A DNA stretch of 58,331 bases from Minisyncoccota bacterium (GTDB lineage Bacteria; Patescibacteriota; Minisyncoccia; UBA6257; JAGOQP01): assembly GCA_041665445.1 (NCBI GenBank), contig JBAYIV010000003.1, positions 1 to 58,331 on the forward strand, written 5' to 3'. Position 1 is the first letter of the stretch. Each line of letters begins with the position of its first letter. This document shows, in pieces, positions 40,791 to 49,607 of the stretch. Both the position numbers and the translations under genes were made by a program. The notes below the pieces were generated by a model. It was not told the DNA's origin, did no database searches, and saw only the letters and a program-made list of their open reading frames with translations.

Positions 40791-41492
40791 ATGGGATCCA
40801 TCCGTCGCCGCGGGATCGTTCGATCAGCGCCTAAGACATTTCATGTTTTTTCTGCCATTCCAGAGGTTATTGCGCCGTATTTTATGGCGTCAATTTTTGG
40901 GAAGGCGCAGGCGCGCAAAATAATTTCGGTACGGGTATATGATCTGCGCGCAGGAGCCGTTGATAAACACAAAAAGATAGACGATAGTCCGTATGGAGGA
41001 GGACCGGGGATGGTTCTTAAGGTGGATACTATTTATCGAGGCGTTGCGGCGCTGAAAAGAAAAATTGTTCGCACCATGCACAGAAAAACACGTATCGTGC
41101 TCTTAAGTACGCGCGGAAAGTTATTCACCAGCGTCGAGGCGCGACGGCTGGTTCGGTACGATCATGTGGTGTTTATTTGTGGGCGGTATGAGGGGGTTGA
41201 TGAGCGCGTGGCGCGCCATATTGCCGATGAGGAACTATCGGTGGGCCCCTTTATCCTCTCGGGAGGCGAGATCCCAGCCATGCTGGCCATTGATGCCATT
41301 GCGCGATTTGTCCCGGGTGTTTTGGGCAAAGAGGAGTCGTTGGAGGAAGTGAAGGGAAGCTACCCCGTTTACACACGTCCTGAGGTTTTTTATCCCGATT
41401 CCAAAAAAGCTAAAAAAGCATGGCGCGTGCCGCAAGTTTTATTGTCGGGTGATCACAAAAAAATAGACGAATGGCGAAGTGCGCGAGGTTGA
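40791..41492 (+). CDS. trmD: tRNA (guanine-N1)-methyltransferase
   Basis: DDSPYGGGPGMV, CGRYEGVDER, SVGPFILSGGE, LLSGDH. Confidence 0.95.
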   Translation: MGSIRRRGIVRSAPKTFHVFSAIPEVIAPYFMASIFGKAQARKIISVRVYDLRAGAVDKHKKIDDSPYGGGPGMVLKVDTIYRGVAALKRKIVRTMHRKTRIVLLSTRGKLFTSVEARRLVRYDHVVFICGRYEGVDERVARHIADEELSVGPFILSGGEIPAMLAIDAIARFVPGVLGKEESLEEVKGSYPVYTRPEVFYPDSKKAKKAWRVPQVLLSGDHKKIDEWRSARG

Positions 41493-41584
41493 TTTTCCTT
41501 GCTTTTTGTCTTTTGGTGAGGTATAGTCTATGCGCTGTTTGCTGAGCGCTTTTGTGCGATGGCAGGCGGTTTTTATTAATAATA

Positions 41585-41648
41585 ATCGCTCGGTGTCCCG
41601 CATGTGCGGGATAAAACGGAGCCCAGCCGCGGACAGGCGTGGCATGCA
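41585..41648 (+). promoter_or_regulatory. Candidate structured rpsB leader
   Basis: GCTC...TCCCGC-ATGT-GCGGGA...GAGC and GCCGC...GCGTGGC hairpins in a ~120-nt leader after TATAGT (41522). rpsB leaders are S2-regulated in other bacteria; homology to those is not established. Confidence 0.3.
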
Positions 41649-41653
41649 TACGT

Positions 41654-42415
41654 ATGGATATACCAAACGATCAAAAAGACCAAAAGCAGGTGAGCGGGGC
41701 ATTTCTTGATGCGGATACTCTTTTTTCCGGCGTTGGCGCTGATGAGGAAACGTTGCTTGAAATGGCACAGGCGGGAGTATTGTATGGCCACAAAAAGTCG
41801 CGCAAGAATCCGCATTTTGACGAATATATTTTTTCTACGCGGAATGGCATTGAAGTTATTGACTTAACAAAGACGCTTAAGGCAATTGATATTGTTTCCG
41901 GTTTCTTGAAGAAAGCTATTGAAGACAAAAAAACATTTGTCATTGTTGGTACACAACCAGCAGCGACTGATTCGGTTATGGCGCTTGCTCAAGCACTGGG
42001 TGATTGTTCGTACGTAACTCGTCGCTGGATCGGCGGGTTGTTCACTAATTTTTCTATTCTCTCCAAGCGAATCAACTACTACAAACAACAGAAAGATGAT
42101 TTAACCCAGGGTCGTTTAGATAAATATACAAAAAAGGAACAGCTCTTGATTAAGCGCGAAGTCGAGAAGATGGAACATAAATTCACTGGCGTTGAAAATA
42201 TGGGGCAAGTGCCTGACATCATGTTTGTTATCGACGGTTCTCCCAAGGGACACAAGACGGCTATTGCTGAAGCGCGCATCAAACACGTTCCCGTATTGGG
42301 AATTATTGATAGCGACGATGATCCGAATGATTTTGCCTATTTTGTGCCAGCCAATGATCACGCGCGGTCATCTATTGACTGGGTGATAAATCGAATCATT
42401 GCTAATCTTAAATAA
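41654..42415 (+). CDS. rpsB: 30S ribosomal protein S2
   Basis: AGVLYGHK, VIDLTKT, RRWIGGLFTNF, DSDDDP, PANDHA. Confidence 0.95.
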   Translation: MDIPNDQKDQKQVSGAFLDADTLFSGVGADEETLLEMAQAGVLYGHKKSRKNPHFDEYIFSTRNGIEVIDLTKTLKAIDIVSGFLKKAIEDKKTFVIVGTQPAATDSVMALAQALGDCSYVTRRWIGGLFTNFSILSKRINYYKQQKDDLTQGRLDKYTKKEQLLIKREVEKMEHKFTGVENMGQVPDIMFVIDGSPKGHKTAIAEARIKHVPVLGIIDSDDDPNDFAYFVPANDHARSSIDWVINRIIANLK

Positions 42416-42420
42416 AATCT

Positions 42421-42861
42421 ATGACAGACAGTATTGTGAAATTGCGCGAAGAAACCGGAGCCGGGGTTATGGATTGCAAGAAGGCGCTTGACGATGCCAA
42501 CGGTGATTATGAAAAAGCGCGGGCGTTTATTTTTGAGCGTGGCGGTGATAAGGCAACGAAGCGGCAGGAGCGAAAAACGGGATCGGGTATCTTGGAGGCG
42601 TATATTCACAGCGGGCGCATCGGCGTGCTTTTAGAGATTCGTTGTGAAACGGATTTTGTCGCTCACAACGAAACATTTAAGGCGCTGGGGCACGATATCG
42701 CCATGCATATTGTTTCCATGGATCCGGCAACGGTTGATGAGTTGCTTGCGCAACCGTTTGTGCGCGACGAGTCAGTGACTATCCAGGACTTAGTAACTCG
42801 AGCGATCGCAAAAACGGGAGAAAATATAAAAATCGAACGTTTTTGCCGGTATGAAATTTAG
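42421..42861 (+). CDS. tsf: Elongation factor Ts, short form (146 aa)
   Basis: LREETGAGVMDCKKAL, RCETDFVA, ENIKIERF; directly after rpsB. Confidence 0.93.
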   Translation: MTDSIVKLREETGAGVMDCKKALDDANGDYEKARAFIFERGGDKATKRQERKTGSGILEAYIHSGRIGVLLEIRCETDFVAHNETFKALGHDIAMHIVSMDPATVDELLAQPFVRDESVTIQDLVTRAIAKTGENIKIERFCRYEI

Positions 42862-42915
42862 CCAAATCGTGCGTTGAGCGTAGGGGCGGCTGATGTGGTA
42901 TACTTCCCACTATCC

Positions 42916-43296
42916 ATGTTCTATTTTATTCTCGAGATGATTTTTTTCTTAGCGCTCGCAATGGTAGCGCTTTTGATGTTGCGTCGACTGCCGTTGGTTG
43001 ATGGATTTGAAGAAGAAAAACCATCGCGCGGCACGGGAGCGTTCTGGGGAGGGGTTCGCTGGCATTGGGTTGACGCCATGGACAAGAAGGTGTTGTTCTA
43101 TTCAACCAAAACATTACGACGTCTGAAGATATGGACGATGAAATTTGATGCCTTGATTGCCCGTTCGCTTGAGCGAGTGAGTCCCCAAATAAATAGCGGC
43201 GAAGGGGATGCACCGCATGTCATTAAGACGTTGCAAGAAGATCGTCAACGTGCGCAGGAGGCCGACGATGGGAAGCATCGTCGATCCGATGAGTAA
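42916..43296 (+). CDS. Hypothetical membrane-anchored protein
   Basis: N-terminal TM helix; TATACT 11 nt upstream of the ATG. Confidence 0.65.
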   Translation: MFYFILEMIFFLALAMVALLMLRRLPLVDGFEEEKPSRGTGAFWGGVRWHWVDAMDKKVLFYSTKTLRRLKIWTMKFDALIARSLERVSPQINSGEGDAPHVIKTLQEDRQRAQEADDGKHRRSDE

Positions 43297-43404
43297 TTAT
43301 TGCGGGGTCTTGAGAAATAGATAAGTCTAGTATACACTGGCAACGCTATTTCTTAATGAGTGCCTTGAAAATAAGGCGGCACAGTAAATGTTTGTCTCAT
43401 CATT

Positions 43405-43489
43405 GGGTAGGTAGTCTCGTAGGGGCCGAGGGCGGTCTGTAAAACCGTTGGCCAATGTGCCCGCGTGAGTTCAACTCTCACCCTACCCA
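43405..43489 (+). tRNA. tRNA-Tyr(GTA)
   Basis: Anticodon arm GCGGT-CTGTAAA-ACCGT, long variable arm. Confidence 0.9.
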
Positions 43490-43504
43490 CACGATAAAGC
43501 AACC

Positions 43505-43577
43505 GCCACCTTAGCTCAGCTGGTAGAGCAACTGTTTTGTAAACAGTAGGTCCCCGGTCCAAATCCGGGAGGTGGCT
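43505..43577 (+). tRNA. tRNA-Thr(TGT)
   Basis: Anticodon arm ACTGT-TTTGTAA-ACAGT, T loop TCCAAAT. Confidence 0.93.
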
Positions 43578-43665
43578 CAGAGTAATCAGGCAGAGCAACC
43601 AACCGAAGGCTTGCGCGCATGGGCAGATATCGGTATCGTACTCTCAAATAAAGTTTCTAAAATAA

Positions 43666-43738
43666 GCCAATGTAGCTCAGCTGGTAGAGCAACTCCATGG
43701 TAAGGAGTAGGTCCGCGGTTCGAATCCGCGCATTGGCT
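43666..43738 (+). tRNA. tRNA-Thr(GGT)
   Basis: Anticodon arm ACTCC-ATGGTAA-GGAGT. Confidence 0.93.
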
Positions 43739-43888
43739 CACAAGATAAAGAATTTTTTGCGGACTTTTCCTGAGATTTTCTGTCTGTTTTATTTTGTCGT
43801 CTTAATTTTAAATGAGTCGCGGGATAATGAAAGGGGACTTGCAATAATGCCGTTGGATATGCTACAGTAGGCGCACTAAACAGGAACT

Positions 43889-44059
43889 ATGGCAAAGTCA
43901 AAATTCAGTGAAAATTTGATCCGATTGAAGTGTGGCGAATGCAAGCGCATCAACTATTTCACCCGTAAAAACAGGAAAACTTCGGAAGGAAAGCTGGTGA
44001 TACAGAAATATTGCAAATGGTGTCGTGCGCACACCAAGCATACGGAAACAAAGAAATAG
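43889..44059 (+). CDS. rpmG: 50S ribosomal protein L33 (56 aa, Zn-binding form; not in the ORF track)
   Basis: MAKSKFSENLIRLKCGECKRINYFTRKNRKTSEGKLVIQKYCKWCRAHTKHTETKK. Confidence 0.93.
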   Translation: MAKSKFSENLIRLKCGECKRINYFTRKNRKTSEGKLVIQKYCKWCRAHTKHTETKK

Positions 44060-44163
44060 CATTTTCCCCCGCTTACAAGGCGGGGGATTTTTTACGCGCG
44101 TGCACAAGTTGTTATCGCTTAAGTGCGATCTTGCGTGGGTGGCGTCACAAAAAAATCTTTCTG

Positions 44164-44234
44164 CGGGAGCGTCAGGATTCGAACCTGAATACCTGGTTTT
44201 GGAGACCAGAGTCCTACCATTGGACGACACTCCC
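44164..44234 (-). tRNA. tRNA-Trp(CCA)
   Basis: Reverse complement GGGAGTG...CTGGT-CTCCAAA-ACCAG...GGTTCGAATCC...CGCTCCCG. Confidence 0.93.
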
Positions 44235-44381
44235 AATCTCATTCGTTGAATAACAATAGCGAATCGGTTGATTTTTTGCAACAAAATGCCGTCCTTTTGG
44301 GGCGGCGAGGTGTGCAAATGTGCTTGAGGGGATAGAGGAGCTGGAGGATCGGACTCCGTACTGGCTCCCGAGTGCGAAGGG

Positions 44382-44756
44382 TTAAAAGTCCATGTTCTGG
44401 TGGGCCACGAGGACATGCGTCCCAGCGCATGCAAGTTGATGCACGCGGTCGTACACATCTTCCATTTCATGGCCTGGGCGGTAGTGGTTGACGTCGACGA
44501 ACTTCTTGCCGCCCCTTGCGGAGTTTCCGTCCAGGATGGGGATGAGGATCACTTTGTTCCGCGGGCTTTCTTTCACCGCGTCAATGAGGCGGTGAACGGG
44601 GTCCGGGGTTTTGAGGCTGATCGACGTATTCTTGTCGACCACCACCTCATCGATCCTCTTAACCTTCCCAACCTTCGCCGGCGAGGTTGCCTTGCCGGTG
44701 AGGACGACCGCCGCGATGGTGCATTTTCTTTGCTGCATCACTGCCTCCGCTCTCAT
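44382..44756 (-). CDS. Hypothetical protein with atypical high-GC3 codon usage
   Basis: 124-aa ORF with mostly C/G-ending codons, unlike neighbouring genes. Purine-rich GAAGGGA upstream. Confidence 0.6.
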   Translation of the reverse strand: MRAEAVMQQRKCTIAAVVLTGKATSPAKVGKVKRIDEVVVDKNTSISLKTPDPVHRLIDAVKESPRNKVILIPILDGNSARGGKKFVDVNHYRPGHEMEDVYDRVHQLACAGTHVLVAHQNMDF

Positions 44757-44957
44757 GTGATTATCCCTTCTTTTGAAAAAGAATCCCGGCTACAAATCCA
44801 GTCAGTAATCCATTGGCTGAGCCCTCCTCTTTGTTCCCTCTATTCAGTTTACGTGATGCTGGAATTTATTATATCCCACATTTTATATTTATGTCAACTC
44901 ATTGCTGTGGACAACTGTCGTGGGCGTTTGCGTTGCAAGGGGGAATGTTTTTGATGT

Positions 44958-45626
44958 ATGATGAAGAGCATGATTTCGTCAAACGAGGAATTGTTTAAGG
45001 AACTGCGCTTGTTGGGCTATCTTAAGACGGATCGGATTGCTGAAGCATTTTTTGCCGTTGATCGAAGATTTTTTGTGCCCAAAGAAATAAAACAGCATGC
45101 CTATCTCAATGAACCGCTACCCATTGGACATGGGCAGACTATTTCGCAGCCGCTTGTTGTGGCTTTTATGCTGGATCTGTTGGAAATAAAACCGGGAGAG
45201 ATTATTCTTGAAATCGGCACCGGGTCTGGATGGCAAACTGCCCTTTGTGCTTTTTTAACGCACGACGCTACCGCGCACGATTCAGAAAAACCCGCAATTA
45301 TTTCCCTTGAACGCATTCATGAATTACACGATGGTGCACGGGCGGTCCTTGCTCGATGGGATGGAGAAGGAGCAAAAAATATAGCGCTCATTGAAGGAGA
45401 CGGCACACGAGGGGATGCCGAGCATATGCCGTATGATAAAATTATCTCAGGCGCTGCGGCGGTCGACACTATTCCGCAGACATGGAAAGATCAACTCAAA
45501 ATCGGCGGTCGCATTGTTGCGCCGGTGCGTGACAGTATTGTGGTGCTTGATAAGACCGGGAAAGATGATTTTCTTAAGCGGGAATTTTTTGGATATTCCT
45601 TTGTGCCGTTGATAGCCGGAAAATAA
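44958..45626 (+). CDS. pcm: Protein-L-isoaspartate O-methyltransferase
   Basis: IGHGQTISQP, LEIGTGSGWQ, PYDKIISGAA, FVPL. Confidence 0.93.
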   Translation: MMKSMISSNEELFKELRLLGYLKTDRIAEAFFAVDRRFFVPKEIKQHAYLNEPLPIGHGQTISQPLVVAFMLDLLEIKPGEIILEIGTGSGWQTALCAFLTHDATAHDSEKPAIISLERIHELHDGARAVLARWDGEGAKNIALIEGDGTRGDAEHMPYDKIISGAAAVDTIPQTWKDQLKIGGRIVAPVRDSIVVLDKTGKDDFLKREFFGYSFVPLIAGK

Positions 45627-45813
45627 GAGCAACAGCACATGATGTCTGTTTTGGGTCGATTTTTCGCGGTATTTCTGGGATTGCTTTTTATATATGCATC
45701 CCGTATAGTAATCGGGTAGCGCAGGTGTTTCTTTATGAGGCCAGCCCTCGTGCGGCGTAAAGTAAAGAAGGTCTTTCCTTGTGCTTTACTAGATAAACTA
45801 TATTTTGTTTCAA

Positions 45814-46110
45814 ATGGCTAAGAAGTTATATGTAGGGAACCTCCCGTACACAACAGCCAACGAAGACCTTGCCAGCACTTTTTCCGAATATGGAGAAGTG
45901 ACCAGCGCAACGGTTATGATTGATCGGATGACCGGTCGTTCACGCGGATTCGGATTTGTCGAAATGGCAAATGACGATGAAGCCGATAAAGCTGTTGAGA
46001 CGTTAAATGGAAAAGATTTTGGCGGACGTTCCTTGGTGGTCAACGAAGCTCGTCCCATGGGGGAAAGGCCTCCTCGTCGTGAGGGTGGATTCCATGGCGG
46101 ACGCAGATAA
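45814..46110 (+). CDS. RRM (RNP-1) RNA-binding protein
   Basis: KLYVGNL (RNP2) and RGFGFVEM (RNP1). Confidence 0.93.
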   Translation: MAKKLYVGNLPYTTANEDLASTFSEYGEVTSATVMIDRMTGRSRGFGFVEMANDDEADKAVETLNGKDFGGRSLVVNEARPMGERPPRREGGFHGGRR

Positions 46111-46191
46111 GTTAATCAATTTACTAAACGCTCCCGATGGTATCGGGAGCGTTTTTGTTTGGCGTCTGCGAGCGTGATATACTTAAAAAAT

Positions 46192-46929
46192 ATGGCACAC
46201 ACGCGGACATCGGGAAAACTTTTTGAACCAGGCGCGCCCTTTACGCTCAGCCGTTCCAAGCTTGAACTTTTTATTAATTGTCCGCGCTGTTTTTATTTTG
46301 ATCGGCGTTTAGGAGTCGCCCAGGTTCCTGGATTTCCCTTTACACTTAATAATGCGGTTGATGCGCTTCTTAAAAAAGAATTTGATATCCATCGCGCTGC
46401 CGGCAGTGTTCACCCGTTGTTAAGGGCATACGGCGTGACGGCGCGTCCTTTTATGCACGAGAAGATTGATGCGTGGCGTGACACCAGGCGCGGAATATCA
46501 TACTTTCATGAGCCGACGCAACTGACTATTTTTGGCGCTATCGACGATGTGTGGATAAACGATGCGGGCGAACTGATTGTTGTTGATTATAAGGCAACCA
46601 GTACAACGGCGCCGTTGACGCTTGATGCAGACTATCGGCAGGCATATAAGCGGCAGATAGAAATTTATCAATGGTTATTTCGCAGAAATGGATTTGCGGT
46701 GTCACCGACCGGCTATTTTGTTTACGCAAACGGGAAAAAAGATCGCGCCGCCTTTGATGGCGTGTTGGAATTCGATGTTTTATTACTTCCCTACGCGGGT
46801 AACGATGACTGGGTTGAGCGCGTTGTGGTGCGGGCGCACCAATGTCTTGCCGAAGAATATCCGCCCGTGGCCGCAAAGGCGTGTCCGTGGTGCGCCTATC
46901 GAGCTCAGGCATCGTTATACGAATCTTAA
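46192..46929 (+). CDS. PD-(D/E)XK nuclease family protein with terminal Cys pairs
   Basis: GAIDD...VVDYK, QIEIY; CPRC near the N-terminus and CPWC near the C-terminus. Confidence 0.85.
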   Translation: MAHTRTSGKLFEPGAPFTLSRSKLELFINCPRCFYFDRRLGVAQVPGFPFTLNNAVDALLKKEFDIHRAAGSVHPLLRAYGVTARPFMHEKIDAWRDTRRGISYFHEPTQLTIFGAIDDVWINDAGELIVVDYKATSTTAPLTLDADYRQAYKRQIEIYQWLFRRNGFAVSPTGYFVYANGKKDRAAFDGVLEFDVLLLPYAGNDDWVERVVVRAHQCLAEEYPPVAAKACPWCAYRAQASLYES

Positions 46930-46932
46930 ACC

Positions 46933-47664
46933 ATGAAAATTCATCGTTTTTTGATAACCGACGACCTGTCGCCCCAAAGCGATTTGATTCTGCGGAATGC
47001 GGGGATGATTCGTCAAATAAAAACAGTGCTGCGACTACGAGAGGGTGGGGTGATAGCTCTTTTTAACGATCGTGGCCAGGAGGCGCACGCGCGCATCGTG
47101 CGTTTGTCGGGTGATCAAGTGATGTGTCGTGTCGACGAGGTGAGTCGGCGATCGGCCGACGCGCCCATTGCGGTGACGGTATATTGCGCCATTTTAAAAC
47201 GCGAGAATTTTGAGTGGGTGGCGCAAAAAATAACCGAAATCGGGGCTCATGCGCTCGTCCCGTGCGTTACGGAACGTACCATAAAAAAGAATATTATACC
47301 GGCTCGTGTTGCGACGATTATGCGCGAAGCCGCCGAACAATCGGGACGCGTCACCATGCCTTTATTGCTGGAAACGATGCGTTTTGTTGATGCGTTTGAT
47401 GGTGCGATGACCGCGCATGAGCCGTGCGTATTATTTGATCCGCGCGGATTGACGCTTGATAACTCGCCATGTCTTGCCGCGAGCCATCGGGCGGTAAACA
47501 TCTTTATTGGTCCAGAGGGTGGATGGTCAGATGAGGAATATGAGTACGCTCGCGCAAGAGGAGCGTGCATTATTTCGCTTGGGGGGACTGTTTTACGTGC
47601 CGAAACGGCTGCGGTAGTGGGGACTTATGCGATCGTATGGCGCGCACGAGAGCAAAATGCATGA
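46933..47664 (+). CDS. rsmE: 16S rRNA (uracil-1498-N3)-methyltransferase
   Basis: VLRL, EAAEQSGR, IGPEGG, LRAETAA. Confidence 0.93.
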   Translation: MKIHRFLITDDLSPQSDLILRNAGMIRQIKTVLRLREGGVIALFNDRGQEAHARIVRLSGDQVMCRVDEVSRRSADAPIAVTVYCAILKRENFEWVAQKITEIGAHALVPCVTERTIKKNIIPARVATIMREAAEQSGRVTMPLLLETMRFVDAFDGAMTAHEPCVLFDPRGLTLDNSPCLAASHRAVNIFIGPEGGWSDEEYEYARARGACIISLGGTVLRAETAAVVGTYAIVWRAREQNA

Positions 47665-47695
47665 CAAAATGGATAATTGGTGTATACTGCGGTGC

Positions 47696-48193
47696 ATGAT
47701 GCAAATAAAAAATAAGAAGTTACTTTTTATCACGACGGGGATTGTCCTTGTTCTTCTGTGCGTTGGCATTGCTTGGTGGTGGCAACAATCAAGCGGTGGC
47801 GCGCCAAAAAGCGGAGACAACCAACCGCCTGTTTCCGGACAATCGGTTTATGATGCGCAACTGGGATTTAGCGTGGTTATCCCCGATTCATGGCAAGGGA
47901 AATATCAAATGAACTCGGGATCGCAAGCGGTCGCATTTAATTTTGCCAATGGAACGTCGTCGTATCCTCTTTTCACGGTGTACGCTTATCCGGAAAAAGA
48001 TTGGGCAGTCGTACAAAAAAGCACAAGCTTGATTGTTTCGATTGCCTCGCACAATGGAACGGTTTTTGCATATAACGTGACGCCCAGCGGCTTATTTAAG
48101 GGTGCGGCGGGACAACAGCAACAATTTGAGACCATGCTTAAAGACGTGCCCGCCATCGTACAGAGCATGCAATTTACCGGGAGTGGAAAATAG
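47696..48193 (+). CDS. Secreted/membrane-anchored hypothetical protein
   Basis: Basic N-terminus plus TM helix, then a small beta-rich domain. Confidence 0.7.
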   Translation: MMQIKNKKLLFITTGIVLVLLCVGIAWWWQQSSGGAPKSGDNQPPVSGQSVYDAQLGFSVVIPDSWQGKYQMNSGSQAVAFNFANGTSSYPLFTVYAYPEKDWAVVQKSTSLIVSIASHNGTVFAYNVTPSGLFKGAAGQQQQFETMLKDVPAIVQSMQFTGSGK

Positions 48194-48248
48194 AGTTCGC
48201 CGAAGTTTTTGCACTAGTGAATAAAAACCCCGCATGGTGCGGTGGTTT

Positions 48249-48743
48249 TTATTTGGCGGTTTTCCCGTGCATTATGGTGACCACGTCGCCGATGTGAATG
48301 GCAAGTCGGTCAATGGTGCCGGCAGGAACTTCCAGCACCATGGTGATTGGTTTTTGCGGCATCACTATCTCGGCATTTTCCCCGCGAGTCGGCCAGGGAA
48401 CGTTTTGGTCGATGTCCATGACGTGGTTATCGATGAGCCAAACAAAATCCAGAGGAAACGTCATCCCGCGCATAACAAATGGGTATTTTTGTGCGCTGCC
48501 AAAAACAAAAAGCATGCCGGCATCTTGTGCTAGGGGAGCGTGCCCGGAGAGTCCCTGGTATTGCTTTATCGTTGAGCTGGCCACCTCGGCAAGAATGGTT
48601 CCGTTGGGGAATTCCACAATGGCTTGCTGATGGTCGTCCCATCCTGCGCGCGAGGTCCTAAAAACGAGAAATATCCATGTGCCTAGGCCGATGAGTGCGG
48701 CGACAAAAATAATAAGGGGGAATAAAACGTATAATGAACGCAT
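48249..48743 (-). CDS. DUF192 domain protein
   Basis: AEVA...QGLSG...GMLFVF...FVMRGMTFPLDFVW...VLEVPAG. Confidence 0.88.
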   Translation of the reverse strand: MRSLYVLFPLIIFVAALIGLGTWIFLVFRTSRAGWDDHQQAIVEFPNGTILAEVASSTIKQYQGLSGHAPLAQDAGMLFVFGSAQKYPFVMRGMTFPLDFVWLIDNHVMDIDQNVPWPTRGENAEIVMPQKPITMVLEVPAGTIDRLAIHIGDVVTIMHGKTAK

Positions 48744-48862
48744 GGGTGCATTGTACTCGCGGGTTATATTCCCGCAAGGGGTTGTGGGCGGTAGCGGATA
48801 TCCCGCGGGATCTCTTTCGCGGCGATTAATTTTTGCGGTAGAAAAAATAATCTAAAATGTAT

Positions 48863-49309
48863 ATGAAAAAAATTATTGAAGGAACTATGGCGCCAGAGTT
48901 TACGTCCATTGATCAAGACGGGCATACCTGGCGTTTAGCTGATCATCGGGGAGGATTTGTATTGCTGTACTTTTATCCAAAGGATTTTACGCCGGGATGC
49001 ACCATTGAGGCGCAAGAGTTTCAAAAAATTTTCGACGAGCTTAAAAAGAAAGTGACGATTATTGGTATCAGCGCTGATTCGGTTGAGAGCCACAAAAAAT
49101 TCTGTAATGCTCATGGGCTCGAATTTACCCTACTCGCGGATCCACAAAAAGAGGTCACTGCCGCGTATGGCGCCGATGGAATTCTTCTTACCCGTCGATC
49201 CTCTTTTCTTGTTGACGGACAAGGCATTGTGCGAAAAATATATGACCGTGTAGATCCCAAGACCCATGCGTCTCAGATTCTTGCGGATGTGGTTGCCCTT
49301 GGCGCCTAG
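48863..49309 (+). CDS. bcp: Peroxiredoxin (BCP/PrxQ)
   Basis: YFYPKDFTPGCTIEA, GISADSVESH. Confidence 0.92.
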   Translation: MKKIIEGTMAPEFTSIDQDGHTWRLADHRGGFVLLYFYPKDFTPGCTIEAQEFQKIFDELKKKVTIIGISADSVESHKKFCNAHGLEFTLLADPQKEVTAAYGADGILLTRRSSFLVDGQGIVRKIYDRVDPKTHASQILADVVALGA

Positions 49310-49333
49310 GCGGATTTATGCAATACTAGGTCA

Positions 49334-49582
49334 ATGATAAAAGAGTTTTTTATTCGGCGGATGCTTGAGACTCAGTTAAAACAAGTTCCACAGGATCAGC
49401 GTGAAAAAATCGTTCAAATGTTTTCAAAAAATCCTGAATTTTTTGAAACGCTCGCTCATGAACTTCAGGAAGAACTTAAGCGTGGGAAGAATCAGGCAGA
49501 CATAATGCAGGAGCTTATGTTGAGACATCGCGATGAATTACAGCGCATAGCAAAGGAAAACGAGGCAAAAGTCGATAGCTAA
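49334..49582 (+). CDS. Small helical hypothetical protein
   Basis: 82-aa ORF with a -10-like box just upstream. Confidence 0.65.
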   Translation: MIKEFFIRRMLETQLKQVPQDQREKIVQMFSKNPEFFETLAHELQEELKRGKNQADIMQELMLRHRDELQRIAKENEAKVDS

Positions 49583-49607
49583 CCACTCTCCGCCCTTTAC
49601 CGCATCC

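Noticed and set aside
44400-44954. 184-aa plus-strand ORF
   Set aside because: Antisense shadow caused by the high GC3 of the minus-strand gene 44382-44756.
46192-46929. Cas4 of a CRISPR-Cas system
   Set aside because: No array or other cas genes; the Cys arrangement and context fit a solo PD-(D/E)XK nuclease.
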